Of a DNA stretch of 57,711 nucleotides, positions 1 to 8,637 are shown one piece after another (within the stretch, counting starts at the first letter, position 1; the number at the start of each line of letters is the position of its first letter). The translations under genes were made by a program, and so were the position numbers. The DNA lies in IMG/VR virus record IMGVR_UViG_3300009506_000037, positions 1 to 57,711 of that record, one strand, 5' to 3'. Below the pieces are notes generated by a model. It was not told the DNA's origin. It made no database searches and saw only the letters and a program-made list of their open reading frames with translations. The DNA is from a virus. Taxonomy: Duplodnaviria > Caudoviricetes.

Positions 1-144
1 CTGGCACGGCAGGAACTGGCCCAGTTACGACTCGTACTGGGTGACCAACAAGTTCAAGGCCGGGGCAACAGTCTCGGTGCTGGACATTGCTGGTCAGCGG
101 ATCAATGCAACCGTCGTTCAAAATGGCCGCGGCTACAAGATTGA
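1..144. repeat. Terminal direct repeat (copy 1); circular assembly overlap
   Basis: 1-144 is identical to 57568-57711, and an ORF reads through the junction. Confidence 0.95.
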
Positions 145-214
145 GGCAGAGAACGGCATCACTTACCGGGCGCACAAGAAGAATCCATTGCAGTATATCT
201 ATCGCCCGAACTGA

Positions 215-277
215 GTCGAAACGCCCTCCGGGGCGTCTGGGTACCGGTGGCTCCGGGCCCACTGATGAGACAAGCCA
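215..277 (+). ncRNA. Type II hammerhead ribozyme HH5 (predicted cleavage after C237)
   Basis: GTC-GAAA-CGCCC(TCCG)GGGCG-TC|stem I TGGG..CCCA-CTGATGA-GAC; loop TGGCT pairs with tail AGCCA. Confidence 0.93.
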
Positions 278-290
278 CAGGAGAATCACC

Positions 291-473
291 ATGAGCGAAC
301 CGATTGTTCTAACCCTGAGCGGGGGCGTCATTGAGCTGCTCGATGCCCCGGCTGGCACCGTGATTATAGTCCGTGACTATGACATCGATGACCCGGCCAA
401 CTATTACCCGGAGCAGATCATCTGTGACGAGTCTGGCCGGTACGTTGAGCGCGGTTTTCAGGTTCCGGACTGA
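291..473 (+). CDS. Small acidic hypothetical protein
   Basis: AGGAGA RBS then ATG 291 (MSEPIVL...). Confidence 0.7.
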   Translation: MSEPIVLTLSGGVIELLDAPAGTVIIVRDYDIDDPANYYPEQIICDESGRYVERGFQVPD

Positions 474-493
474 CTCTGCAACCGACTGCGAAT

Positions 494-528
494 TTGACAA
501 ATGTTAAATTATCGTCTACACTTGTAGA
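494..528 (+). promoter_or_regulatory. Sigma70-like promoter overlapped by two palindromic operator-like sites
   Basis: TTGACA-17nt-TACACT; TTGACAaaTGTTAA and TCTACActTGTAGA. Confidence 0.75.
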
Positions 529-555
529 GAACTTGCGAAAAATGAGGTACGCACA

Positions 556-861
556 ATGTCCGATATCAATGTCCATTCCGATGAAGCCCTTCGGAATCTA
601 ATGAAACAGTACCGTGACGGCATCGAGGCCCACCTGAACAGCGAGATTAAGGTGATCGTCAATCGGGCCATCAACGCATCCAGTCCGGTCATTACCGCCA
701 GCGCGGCCTACAAGCAGGTCGCTCCGGAAGTGGTTAAGCTGCTGTACGCCTATGTCCGGTCCAACCGGGCAGAGTGGAGCGGCGGACCTGACGTCTCGTC
801 TAACGTCGTCGAGGCCATGTGGCGGGAAACAGCCCTCGCCATGATGGGGAAGTGGGTCTAA
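556..861 (+). CDS. Hypothetical protein
   Basis: 101-aa ORF with GAGG RBS; its stop abuts a ribozyme. Confidence 0.75.
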   Translation: MSDINVHSDEALRNLMKQYRDGIEAHLNSEIKVIVNRAINASSPVITASAAYKQVAPEVVKLLYAYVRSNRAEWSGGPDVSSNVVEAMWRETALAMMGKWV

Positions 862-922
862 GTCGAAACGCCCCTCAGGGGGCGTCTGGCCGGGTGGTCC
901 CCGGTCACTGATGAGACAGCCA
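862..922 (+). ncRNA. Type II hammerhead ribozyme HH6 (predicted cleavage after C886)
   Basis: GTC-GAAA-CGCCCC(TCAG)GGGGCG-TC|TGGCCGGG..CCCGGTCA-CTGATGA-GAC; loop TGGT pairs with tail GCCA. Confidence 0.93.
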
Positions 923-937
923 ACAACAGGAGGCACC

Positions 938-1180
938 ATGCAAGTCGTCAGATATCGAACCGACCACGGCACGTGCTGTGCACTGGTCGAATCCGGGCGC
1001 AAGTGGCTGCAAGTGATCCAGATGGACTCGTCTGGTATCCGGGTCCGCAAGGTCCCATGCAGCGACGAGCGATACATGACCCCGATGGACTACCCGCTGG
1101 CCAAGGCCAAGAAGCGCTTCAGGCTGGCCGGTAGACGATTCGGGATCACCAAGGGCGCCAAGCAGTTACTGCGCGGCTAA
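938..1180 (+). CDS. Small basic hypothetical protein
   Basis: AGGAGG RBS, ATG 938 (MQVVRYRTDH...). Confidence 0.75.
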   Translation: MQVVRYRTDHGTCCALVESGRKWLQVIQMDSSGIRVRKVPCSDERYMTPMDYPLAKAKKRFRLAGRRFGITKGAKQLLRG

Positions 1181-1224
1181 TCACCGGGGGGCATTGCCCC
1201 CCCATCCTAAGAGAGGTAATCACA

Positions 1225-1599
1225 ATGAAATATACCGTCGTTTCTGTTGAAGATAATTGTGACGTGGTCCGATACATCGAGGCCAATAGCGTCGGCGAGG
1301 CCAAAGACAAGGTCCTGCGACTGATGGATAGCGTTGAGCTGTCCGACGCTCCAAAGACGAAGACCATTCGCATCTCCGCAGTGTTCGAGGGGGAGCAGAA
1401 AGATGTGGCTGACAACCCGTCGCTGGAGAGCGGCGCAGCTAAGATCGTTGTCACGCTCAGTCACGGGCACCTGTATGTCCATCATGGTTATACCAGTGAC
1501 ATGCTCTGGGAAGGCGAGCTGCCGCAGGGTGGATGGAATGAGCTGCTCTGCTCCATCAAGTCCGCCACCATGGAAGGCCGGGGGATTCTCGGGTCATAA
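1225..1599 (+). CDS. Hypothetical protein
   Basis: 124-aa ORF, GAGG RBS. Confidence 0.7.
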   Translation: MKYTVVSVEDNCDVVRYIEANSVGEAKDKVLRLMDSVELSDAPKTKTIRISAVFEGEQKDVADNPSLESGAAKIVVTLSHGHLYVHHGYTSDMLWEGELPQGGWNELLCSIKSATMEGRGILGS

Positions 1600-1656
1600 C
1601 TGCTACTGGCCATTCGCAAGAGTGGCCAGTGTCGGTTCAACGAGAGGAGCGAGCCA

Positions 1657-1821
1657 ATGTGGATACAAGCAACAGAAGTACCCAATGTTTACCCAGTCTA
1701 TGACTGGCAATATGGCGATGGGAGCGGCCGCTGGATGATTGTCGGCTGGAATGGCAACTACAATGTCACCCATTACTTCAGCAACGCGCATCTTGATCAA
1801 TACGCGCAGATCGGAGGTTAA
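1657..1821 (+). CDS. Small hypothetical protein (54 aa, not in ORF track)
   Basis: GAGGAG RBS; MWIQATEVPNVYPVYDWQYG...QIGG*. Confidence 0.6.
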   Translation: MWIQATEVPNVYPVYDWQYGDGSGRWMIVGWNGNYNVTHYFSNAHLDQYAQIGG

Positions 1822-1826
1822 TCATT

Positions 1827-2036
1827 ATGGCCTTTATCCCGCACGGCAATTTGTACCAGCTGCGCACGAAGCTGGCTTATCCGGTTGGCAGTTCATTCGT
1901 GGTGAACGGCCCCGATATGTTCGGCTACGTGGTAAAGCACATTGAAACAAACGAGTCCGGCACCCTGCATCTGGTCCGCGGCACTGGGAAAGTGCAGGCC
2001 CGGGTAAATTCACGTGGCATGTTGGAGGTGATCTGA
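1827..2036 (+). CDS. Hypothetical protein
   Basis: GGAGG RBS; coupled to next gene by TGATG. Confidence 0.65.
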   Translation: MAFIPHGNLYQLRTKLAYPVGSSFVVNGPDMFGYVVKHIETNESGTLHLVRGTGKVQARVNSRGMLEVI

Positions 2037-2299
2037 TGAGCACTCGCTACGAGGACTGCCCGAGATGTGGCGGCAATGGTATCGAACCCGGTACCGACGA
2101 CGATATCTGCACCCTGTGTCAGGGCGAACAGGTCATCGAGCAGAAACCTCGTCGCGAGGAGGTTACCGAGCAGGGTTCTTGTGACCATTGCGGCTTCAAC
2201 GGTCCGGTGCACGTGCTGTTTGACGTGTACACGGAGGAGGATGGCCGGGAGAACTGGGAGCACAAGATCTCCCTGTGCCATTCCTGCTATAACACTTAA
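2036..2299 (+). CDS. Zinc-finger hypothetical protein
   Basis: CPRC, CTLC, CDHC, CHSC motifs. Confidence 0.7.
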   Translation: MSTRYEDCPRCGGNGIEPGTDDDICTLCQGEQVIEQKPRREEVTEQGSCDHCGFNGPVHVLFDVYTEEDGRENWEHKISLCHSCYNT

Positions 2300-2311
2300 C
2301 CGAATTCGAAC

Positions 2312-2340
2312 TTGACTTCGGTTAAGTTTTCATCTACATT
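2312..2340 (+). promoter_or_regulatory. Sigma70-like promoter
   Basis: TTGACT-17nt-TACATT. Confidence 0.7.
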
Positions 2341-2370
2341 TTGTTTATACCAACGAGAGAGGTAATTCCC

Positions 2371-3135
2371 ATGACAAGCAAAGTAAACCTGATGTTACAC
2401 ACCGGCGGCTTCCACGTTGAGCGGGAAGAGCTGCACGCCAAGGACAATACACCCGCGTCAACCGACTCATGGGTGCCCATACCGCACTGGATGTTGACCG
2501 ATGAGGTCGAGCGCTCCCTGATTGCGGCCGGGTACGAGATCGTGGCACAGGAGCATGCCTTGGCTCGTGGTGGCAACCGCTACTTCGGCCTGTTCGAGCT
2601 GGCCTCAGCCAATAGTGACTACAACATGATCATGGGCGTTCGTAACAGCCATGACAAGTCCTTCCCGGCGGGTCTGGTGGTTGGGTCTGGCGTGTTCGTC
2701 TGCGACAATCTCTGCTTCTCTGGCGAGGTGAAAGTGGGCCGTCGTCATACCAGCAACATCAATCGTGACCTGCCCGGTCTGATTGACGCCGCCATTGGCA
2801 AGGTCAACACCATGAAGGTGTCGCAGGAAGCACGCCTCGAGGCCTACAAGACTACCGAGTTCAGCCAGTACCTGTCCGACCACCTGCTGGTCGAGCTGCT
2901 GCGGACCCGGGTCGTGACCGCCACCAAGATTCCGAAGATTCTCAAGTCGTACGAGAGTCCGGAGCACCCGGAGTTTCTGGTGGACGGCTTCACCGCATGG
3001 CGTTTCTTCAATGCCGTGACCGAGCACCTGAAGGGTGGTCTGGCTGACCTGCCTCGTGTAGGACAATCCTTACACGGGATTCTGGATGGCCAGTGCGGCA
3101 TCACCATCGATGGCGAGGGTAATATCGTCAAGTAA
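2371..3135 (+). CDS. DUF932-family protein
   Basis: VRNSHDKS...G..VFVCDN...RRHT motifs. Confidence 0.8.
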   Translation: MTSKVNLMLHTGGFHVEREELHAKDNTPASTDSWVPIPHWMLTDEVERSLIAAGYEIVAQEHALARGGNRYFGLFELASANSDYNMIMGVRNSHDKSFPAGLVVGSGVFVCDNLCFSGEVKVGRRHTSNINRDLPGLIDAAIGKVNTMKVSQEARLEAYKTTEFSQYLSDHLLVELLRTRVVTATKIPKILKSYESPEHPEFLVDGFTAWRFFNAVTEHLKGGLADLPRVGQSLHGILDGQCGITIDGEGNIVK

Positions 3136-3141
3136 TTCACC

Positions 3142-3166
3142 GGGGGCTACGGCCCCCATTTTTTTT
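3142..3166 (+). terminator. Rho-independent terminator
   Basis: GGGGGC-TACG-GCCCCC followed by a T run. Confidence 0.8.
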
Positions 3167-3180
3167 GAGAGGAGACCGAC

Positions 3181-3375
3181 ATGTACTGGGTATTCAAGCG
3201 CAAGGCATGGGTCCGCGATCCCACCTACCCGGGCGGCTGGAAACCGTTCGTCGGGAGAAAGACCCACGTGGCGTACGTCGATACGCCCGACGAGGCTCGT
3301 CGCATCTGCGGCGAGCATAACCGTAACCGCAAGAGCCGAGGTGAACCGTTCTGCGAATTCACCGCCGCTTATTGA
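3181..3375 (+). CDS. Hypothetical protein
   Basis: GAGGAG RBS, 64 aa. Confidence 0.65.
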   Translation: MYWVFKRKAWVRDPTYPGGWKPFVGRKTHVAYVDTPDEARRICGEHNRNRKSRGEPFCEFTAAY

Positions 3376-3388
3376 GAGAGGAGAACAC

Positions 3389-3737
3389 CGTGAGACAGAC
3401 AATAGAACTGCGACGTTACAATTCACACTACTACACCATGTTTGCCTATACCCCGACGCCGAAGGGCGTCAAGGGTGTGTCGCTGCTGTGCGAGAACCAC
3501 TTGACCGAGTTCATCGATATCCCGCGCAAGGCGCCGAGGCTGACGCTGGTGCTCTCTGACAAGCCCGTAAACAAGAACAGCTACTGGTTCGAATTCCGGA
3601 GGGGCCGGTTGTGGGTGCATTACGAGGGCAGCTGGCAAATGGTCCTGACTACCGTTGAATGTGACGAATGGGTCAAATGGAAGGGCCTGTATAACCGCCG
3701 CCTTTACGCTACGTTTTACTACCCGGTAGAGGCATAG
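3389..3737 (+). CDS. Hypothetical protein (start approximate)
   Basis: GAGGAG RBS near 3379; ORF track 3372..3737. Confidence 0.55.
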
Positions 3738-4143
3738 CCAGAATCCGCACCAGCGTGCGTTCGTGCTCGCCGTCCCCACAGATTGTCGGAAAGATTGTAG
3801 GGGTGGCGAGTATACATTCGACGGAATCGTCTTCGATTAACCCCACACCAGCAGGATGGCGCGCCGTCAGCGCGTCAATCAATCCCTTCATCCCCCCTAG
3901 CAAACCATCCCAGTCCCATGTCTGCACCTTGATCGGGTTCGCTTTGGCCCGGCGCTCAATGAACAGCAGGCACTGCTTCAGCGGTACCCGAGACCGGTCT
4001 ACCCCCACTGCTTGCATCACCATCCACGCCATGTCCTTGGTATGCTGCCGCTGCTTGGTCCAGTGCCACCGGATGAACTCATTGTTCATCGGGGTGACAC
4101 CGGGAAGCTCAAAGTCGTAGGCGTAATCGCCGTCGGTTAGCAT
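3709..4143 (-). CDS. rusA: RusA-like Holliday junction resolvase
   Basis: DWDGL..MK.LIDAL....G...DDS acidic catalytic pattern. Confidence 0.7.
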   Translation of the reverse strand: MLTDGDYAYDFELPGVTPMNNEFIRWHWTKQRQHTKDMAWMVMQAVGVDRSRVPLKQCLLFIERRAKANPIKVQTWDWDGLLGGMKGLIDALTARHPAGVGLIEDDSVECILATPTIFPTICGDGEHERTLVRILAMPLPGSKT

Positions 4144-4312
4144 TACGCAGCCCCCAGCCTGCGCCAGAAGTGGAACAGGGCTTCTGCCCGGGGCTTCACT
4201 TCCTGACAAAAGTACCGGCGGAATTTGGTGCCACGGCGACGGGTGACAAGCACCACGCACCCCTTGTTGTCGTGAAACATCTCCAATTCGAACGGCGGTT
4301 TCGGCTCCAGCA

Positions 4313-4897
4313 TCATAAGTATGCCCTCATGGTGGTTAGCGATGGAAAAGGACTTGCGTCCGGATCCTGATATTTTGCCGGGTTCCAGACCGCTACCACA
4401 GAGTCGAAGTCCGGCGTGCTCAATGGCTGCAGCTTACCATCAATCGGGGCTTCAAACCGCAGCCTGCCCTCGACGATGATCAGGCTCTGGGCCTGCATCA
4501 CGTACTTGTGCCACCACTGCGTGCTCCACGAGGATGGAAGCAAACCGACGACGAAGGCGCCGTTGATTGAAGACAGCCATGCCTTCTCGACCCATGCTTC
4601 GATGCCCGGGATATAGGTATCGATGTGGTGACCCCGCTCCACGCAGCGTTTCTTTTTGCAGTTCTTCTTGCAGGGAAACTCCGGGTTCCCGTAGGGCGGG
4701 TTCATCCAGCACACCTCCTGTCCCCAGTCCTGCTGCAAGGCATCGTCCGCCTCAGTGAAATACTTCTCACACTTGGCAGTCAATGGCTCGGCGCAGACAT
4801 CCAGCGTGAACCCGAACACGTGGTTCAGCCGCTGGTAGAAACTCGCCGGCGTGCCGTGCTTGCGCTTGTCGATATTAATTGTTCTCTCTCTTGGCAT
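4313..4897 (-). CDS. Phage DNA N6-adenine methyltransferase (Dam-like phage family)
   Basis: TP...F.LDVCA...KYFT..D.L.Q.W...WMNPPY...GRLRF. Confidence 0.9.
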   Translation of the reverse strand: MPRERTINIDKRKHGTPASFYQRLNHVFGFTLDVCAEPLTAKCEKYFTEADDALQQDWGQEVCWMNPPYGNPEFPCKKNCKKKRCVERGHHIDTYIPGIEAWVEKAWLSSINGAFVVGLLPSSWSTQWWHKYVMQAQSLIIVEGRLRFEAPIDGKLQPLSTPDFDSVVAVWNPAKYQDPDASPFPSLTTMRAYL

Positions 4898-5111
4898 GGA
4901 TAATTTTCCTTATGTCACGTCGTAGATTTTTACTGCCGCATCGATTGTCTGACGGAGTTACCGCGGCGAATATCTTCCGCAGCAATCCACATTTCAATCT
5001 GATCACGATTCGAAAATGTTTCTTGGTCTGTATCATCTGGATGATCTCGGCCCCTTCAGCCTCGATCATGGTCCTAATTTCTTTTTTCCACTTCCTGATT
5101 GTTGCCGCCAC
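4875..5111 (-). CDS. HicA-like small basic protein
   Basis: KHFR...TPSD.R..KN.RRDIR pattern. Confidence 0.5.
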   Translation of the reverse strand: MAATIRKWKKEIRTMIEAEGAEIIQMIQTKKHFRIVIRLKCGLLRKIFAAVTPSDNRCGSKNLRRDIRKIIHAKRENN

Positions 5112-5505
5112 GCTTGGTCTCCTTCACTAGGTGATTGAACTCCTCCTTCGGAATATAAACCTTGCCCTCGTGCGTCATCTCTTCGGGCTTGCCGGTCCGG
5201 CGAGATGTCAGACGGTACAACGTCGCGACATTCATCCAGATCTGGCGGTTACAGTAGCCCACTGCGACGATGGATGGTGCCTTGAAGAAATTCTCCAGCT
5301 GATACAGCCGCTTCACTATTTTCTCCTCCAGTACCACGTCCAGTGCTGCCTCATAATCTTCTTCGAAATTGAAGACGGCTATGATAGCCCGCGCTTCTGT
5401 GCTCCCCTCTGCAATATACACATGACAGTCAAGGTAATGCGTGTCCGGCAGCGGCATGGACCAGCCGCCCCAGATGGCCTTGATGTTGTCCATGATCTCG
5501 TTCAT
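5074..5505 (-). CDS. Hypothetical protein
   Basis: Overlapping operon ORF. Confidence 0.6.
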   Translation of the reverse strand: MNEIMDNIKAIWGGWSMPLPDTHYLDCHVYIAEGSTEARAIIAVFNFEEDYEAALDVVLEEKIVKRLYQLENFFKAPSIVAVGYCNRQIWMNVATLYRLTSRRTGKPEEMTHEGKVYIPKEEFNHLVKETKRGGNNQEVEKRN

Positions 5506-5930
5506 AGAAATAAAAGCTCCTTGATTTTCAACAGGACCTGCTGGTTGAGTTGAGTGATCAGCTGCTCGTGTACCGTGACGCTGAATGTCGATACCAGCAT
5601 GGTAGTCTTGGCCACCGTGTATTGGTTTGGCATCATCCAGATTTGCATGGCGCAGGTTCTGGTGTGCTGGTTTTCATCCCGGGTCACGTCACCACCGAAG
5701 AACACCTTGATGCGGTGCTCAATCTCGAGTTGCGGTGCGGAAGGGACGCGGCCCGGGCCGCCAGAGGCTACCACTGAGTATTCTGCATGCCGCTCATCCT
5801 CGGTCATGTCCCAGAATGGCCGCTCGATGGTCATCCGTCCCATGATCGGCACCTTCCAGACATACTCTGGATACCGACACGCGAACCCATCGACCTTCAG
5901 CTCTTTGATACCGAAAGGGATCCTGCTCAC
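5502..5930 (-). CDS. Hypothetical protein
   Basis: Overlapping operon ORF. Confidence 0.6.
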   Translation of the reverse strand: MSRIPFGIKELKVDGFACRYPEYVWKVPIMGRMTIERPFWDMTEDERHAEYSVVASGGPGRVPSAPQLEIEHRIKVFFGGDVTRDENQHTRTCAMQIWMMPNQYTVAKTTMLVSTFSVTVHEQLITQLNQQVLLKIKELLFL

Positions 5931-6514
5931 TTGTCCAGCCCGTCCATGCGGAACTTCAGCTCGTCGTATGCCTTCTGCAGCTCGGCGGTCTTCTCTTCGT
6001 GCACCGCCTGCGCCGTTTCGGTAATGAGCTTCAGTGCTTTATCGGCCATCTCGGATACCCATGGGTGCCATCCATTATCGTCGTCAGATTGGTCGTCGTC
6101 TGGCTTATCGAGATGATTGTCAAAGTAAGTGCACAGGGCCACAGCCAGCGTGTCACTGCTATTCGCTTCCACATCGGACCAGCCGAGCCGGGACCTGAAG
6201 TCCTTCATCTCGGCGGCACGTTGGGGTTTCGGGGGCTCAGCGTACCCACCAGCCCAGCCGCAGGGCTCAGCTGTGCCCAGTCTGTCATTGTCCTGCGAGT
6301 CGTAGATCAGGTGCAGTCGCTGGTCGACATCGGCACACTTGAACATCCGCCATTTATCCGGGTTCTCTTCTACCATCCGGCGGGCTCGCTCTTCCGGGAA
6401 GCGCTCCGCGCCCTGAATATAGGCGGTATACCCGCTCCCATTCCGGGCGTACCACCTCGGGGAATTCCCCAGATACCCGGCTTCCTTGTTCTGAATGTAA
6501 TACAGGTCTGTCAT
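5927..6514 (-). CDS. Hypothetical protein
   Basis: Start MTDLYYIQ overlaps helicase stop; GYLGNS.RWY motif. Confidence 0.65.
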   Translation of the reverse strand: MTDLYYIQNKEAGYLGNSPRWYARNGSGYTAYIQGAERFPEERARRMVEENPDKWRMFKCADVDQRLHLIYDSQDNDRLGTAEPCGWAGGYAEPPKPQRAAEMKDFRSRLGWSDVEANSSDTLAVALCTYFDNHLDKPDDDQSDDDNGWHPWVSEMADKALKLITETAQAVHEEKTAELQKAYDELKFRMDGLDK

Positions 6515-8055
6515 CGCTGCGCTCCTCTCTGTTTGTTTTTCGCCCATTTGATATTCAGGTACTTGATATAGTTGGTGAATTCAGGCGGGAACTCGCCGAC
6601 ATAGCGCCGATTCTCCAGCCCCCGGGGAGCCACCCCGAACTTTTCCTTGTACTTGTGGAAGGCCCAGCCGTGCTGATAGCCCTTGCGATTCGCCCACGTC
6701 AGGAAATAAGACCACCAGCGCTGCTTCTCTTCCTTGGTGGCCTTTTTCTTTTTCGGTTCCTTGGTCCCGGGCAGCTGTACCAGCTCGCCCCGGGCGGTTT
6801 CCATGTCCTTGGCAAACTTGGGTAGCGGGGTGCCACACTTCGGGCACAGCGCCTGCCTGCTGAAGACATACCCGCAGCTCTCGCAGATATATTCCTTGAC
6901 CGCCTTCTCCTGACCCTCTTCTTCTTCCTTGAGCTTGGCGTCCCGCTGCTGCACGGTCTCATTGATGGTCAGCGACCAGTCATGTTCCTCGTCGACCGGC
7001 CCATGGCGCAGGACATTCCCGGCATGGTCCAGTATCAGGCAGTCCCCGCCGTCCTCCTTCGGCCGCAACCCGCGCCCAGCCATCTGCAGGTACATGCGCA
7101 GGGACTTAGTGGGTCTGGCCAAGATCACCGCATCCACGGACGGCATGTCCACGCCCTCGGTGAACACCTCACAGTTACTGAGAATCTGGTATTTCCCTTC
7201 GATGTATTCCCGGATGATGCGCTCACGGTCATCCAGCTTGGTCTTACCGTCGATGTGAGCGGCCGGGATCCCGGCAGCGCTGAAGGCATTGGCGATATGT
7301 ACCGAGTGGGCCACGTTCACCGCGAAGACAATGCCCTTACGGTGCTCGGCGTGTTTCTTGTAATGATTGACGATGTCACCGACCAGCTTGGCGTCATCCA
7401 TCACCTCGGCCAGCTGGTCCTCCACATAATCACCACGGGCTACCCTGACCCCCTCCAGATCGGGGACGGCCGGCACAAAATAACTGGCCTCAGCCAGATA
7501 GCCAGCGTCCATCAGGTCCCGCACCCCGGCGCCATAGTCACGGGCCAGTATCAGGTCCTCGAAATATTCTCCCAGTCCCTTCCCGTCTTTACGGGTCGGC
7601 GTGGCGGTCACCGCCAGCACAAAGAAGTCGTCATAATATTTCAGGATTTCATCGAACATCTTGGAACCGACGTGATGTCCTTCGTCGATTACAACGAGGT
7701 CCGCCCGGGGAACCGGGATGAGGCCACGAGTGAAACATCGACTCCACAGGGTCTGGATACTGGCCAGCTGGTTGCGGTTATCGCGATCGGCCATGACTCC
7801 GGCCATGATAATGCCGTGCTCCACCGCCTCATTGTCGAGATGTTGCGATGCTTGGTTGATCAGCTCGCGACGGTGCACCAGAAACAGCATGTGCTTCTGT
7901 TTGGCATTCGAACCGCCGATGATTTTGGAGAAGATTACAGATTTACCGCCACCGGTTGGCAGTTGCACCAGAATCTTGCGGTTGCCGCGTCGATAGGACT
8001 CGCGGATGGCGTCTGTTATTCTGCCTTGGTATGGACGGAGAACTTTTGCACTCAT
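6511..8055 (-). CDS. SF2 DEAD/DEAH-box helicase with C-terminal Zn finger
   Basis: LRPYQ, PTGGGKS, DEGHH, TATP, QMAGRGLR, CESC..CPKC. Confidence 0.92.
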   Translation of the reverse strand: MSAKVLRPYQGRITDAIRESYRRGNRKILVQLPTGGGKSVIFSKIIGGSNAKQKHMLFLVHRRELINQASQHLDNEAVEHGIIMAGVMADRDNRNQLASIQTLWSRCFTRGLIPVPRADLVVIDEGHHVGSKMFDEILKYYDDFFVLAVTATPTRKDGKGLGEYFEDLILARDYGAGVRDLMDAGYLAEASYFVPAVPDLEGVRVARGDYVEDQLAEVMDDAKLVGDIVNHYKKHAEHRKGIVFAVNVAHSVHIANAFSAAGIPAAHIDGKTKLDDRERIIREYIEGKYQILSNCEVFTEGVDMPSVDAVILARPTKSLRMYLQMAGRGLRPKEDGGDCLILDHAGNVLRHGPVDEEHDWSLTINETVQQRDAKLKEEEEGQEKAVKEYICESCGYVFSRQALCPKCGTPLPKFAKDMETARGELVQLPGTKEPKKKKATKEEKQRWWSYFLTWANRKGYQHGWAFHKYKEKFGVAPRGLENRRYVGEFPPEFTNYIKYLNIKWAKNKQRGAQR

Positions 8056-8291
8056 GGTTTGAAAATCCTCACTTCATAGCCGCGGTACCGGTTTAGACTA
8101 TCGCCGGGTTCGATACCCAGTTTCTTGCGCAGCGTATTGTATTGCGCTGGACTCAAGCGAATGGTGTCAGGTTTAATTTTCTTCTTATTCAGGCGGTCGA
8201 TGTATTTATCGAGCGCGTCGAGCATGTCCTGATCAGCCTTTGATATTTTCAATATTGGATTTTGCATCCGCGTATTCCTCCAGCCAGCCAT
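8052..8291 (-). CDS. Hypothetical protein
   Basis: Operon ORF. Confidence 0.55.
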   Translation of the reverse strand: MAGWRNTRMQNPILKISKADQDMLDALDKYIDRLNKKKIKPDTIRLSPAQYNTLRKKLGIEPGDSLNRYRGYEVRIFKP

Positions 8292-8637
8292 TTTCCATCA
8301 GCCAATCCCAGTCAGCCACGTCGCCATTGAGATGTAACCCGGAAACCCCGTGTGACGACTCCATCAGGGTGGTAAATTCCAGCACAATCTTCTTCGCCTT
8401 GTACAAGGCGACGCTCATTTCGTCGTCGCTTAGCTGGTCTTTGATGGCGCAGACCGGGCAATACCAGTTCGCCCGCAGGGTCTGGTCTGCCAGCGGGTTG
8501 CATCGCAGGCGCTCACCGTGCTGTGGGCAGGTCAGGGTGGGATAATCTTTACAGTCTCCAACCTGTCTGCGGCAGATGGTACCCTCCGGAACGACGGTAC
8601 AGTTTTCTGGGTCGGCGCAGTTGCATAGTCTATCCAT
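8233..8637 (-). CDS. Cys-rich hypothetical protein
   Basis: Multiple Cys motifs; GVSGLHLNGDVA.W motif. Confidence 0.6.
   Translation of the reverse strand: MDRLCNCADPENCTVVPEGTICRRQVGDCKDYPTLTCPQHGERLRCNPLADQTLRANWYCPVCAIKDQLSDDEMSVALYKAKKIVLEFTTLMESSHGVSGLHLNGDVADWDWLMENGWLEEYADAKSNIENIKG

Noticed and set aside
1-144. 144-bp terminal repeat as a biological direct terminal repeat
   Set aside because: It falls mid-ORF and is most simply an assembly circularisation overlap; true termini cannot be inferred
1606-1630. Hairpin ACTGGCCA..TGGCCAGT as another ribozyme
   Set aside because: Simple stem-loop without core motifs; probably a stabiliser or processing hairpin
6982-8079. Long antisense ORFs (e.g. 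6982-8079, 12318-13238, 20591-21742)
   Set aside because: Shadow frames opposite well-supported genes in a GC-rich genome; no RBS or motifs
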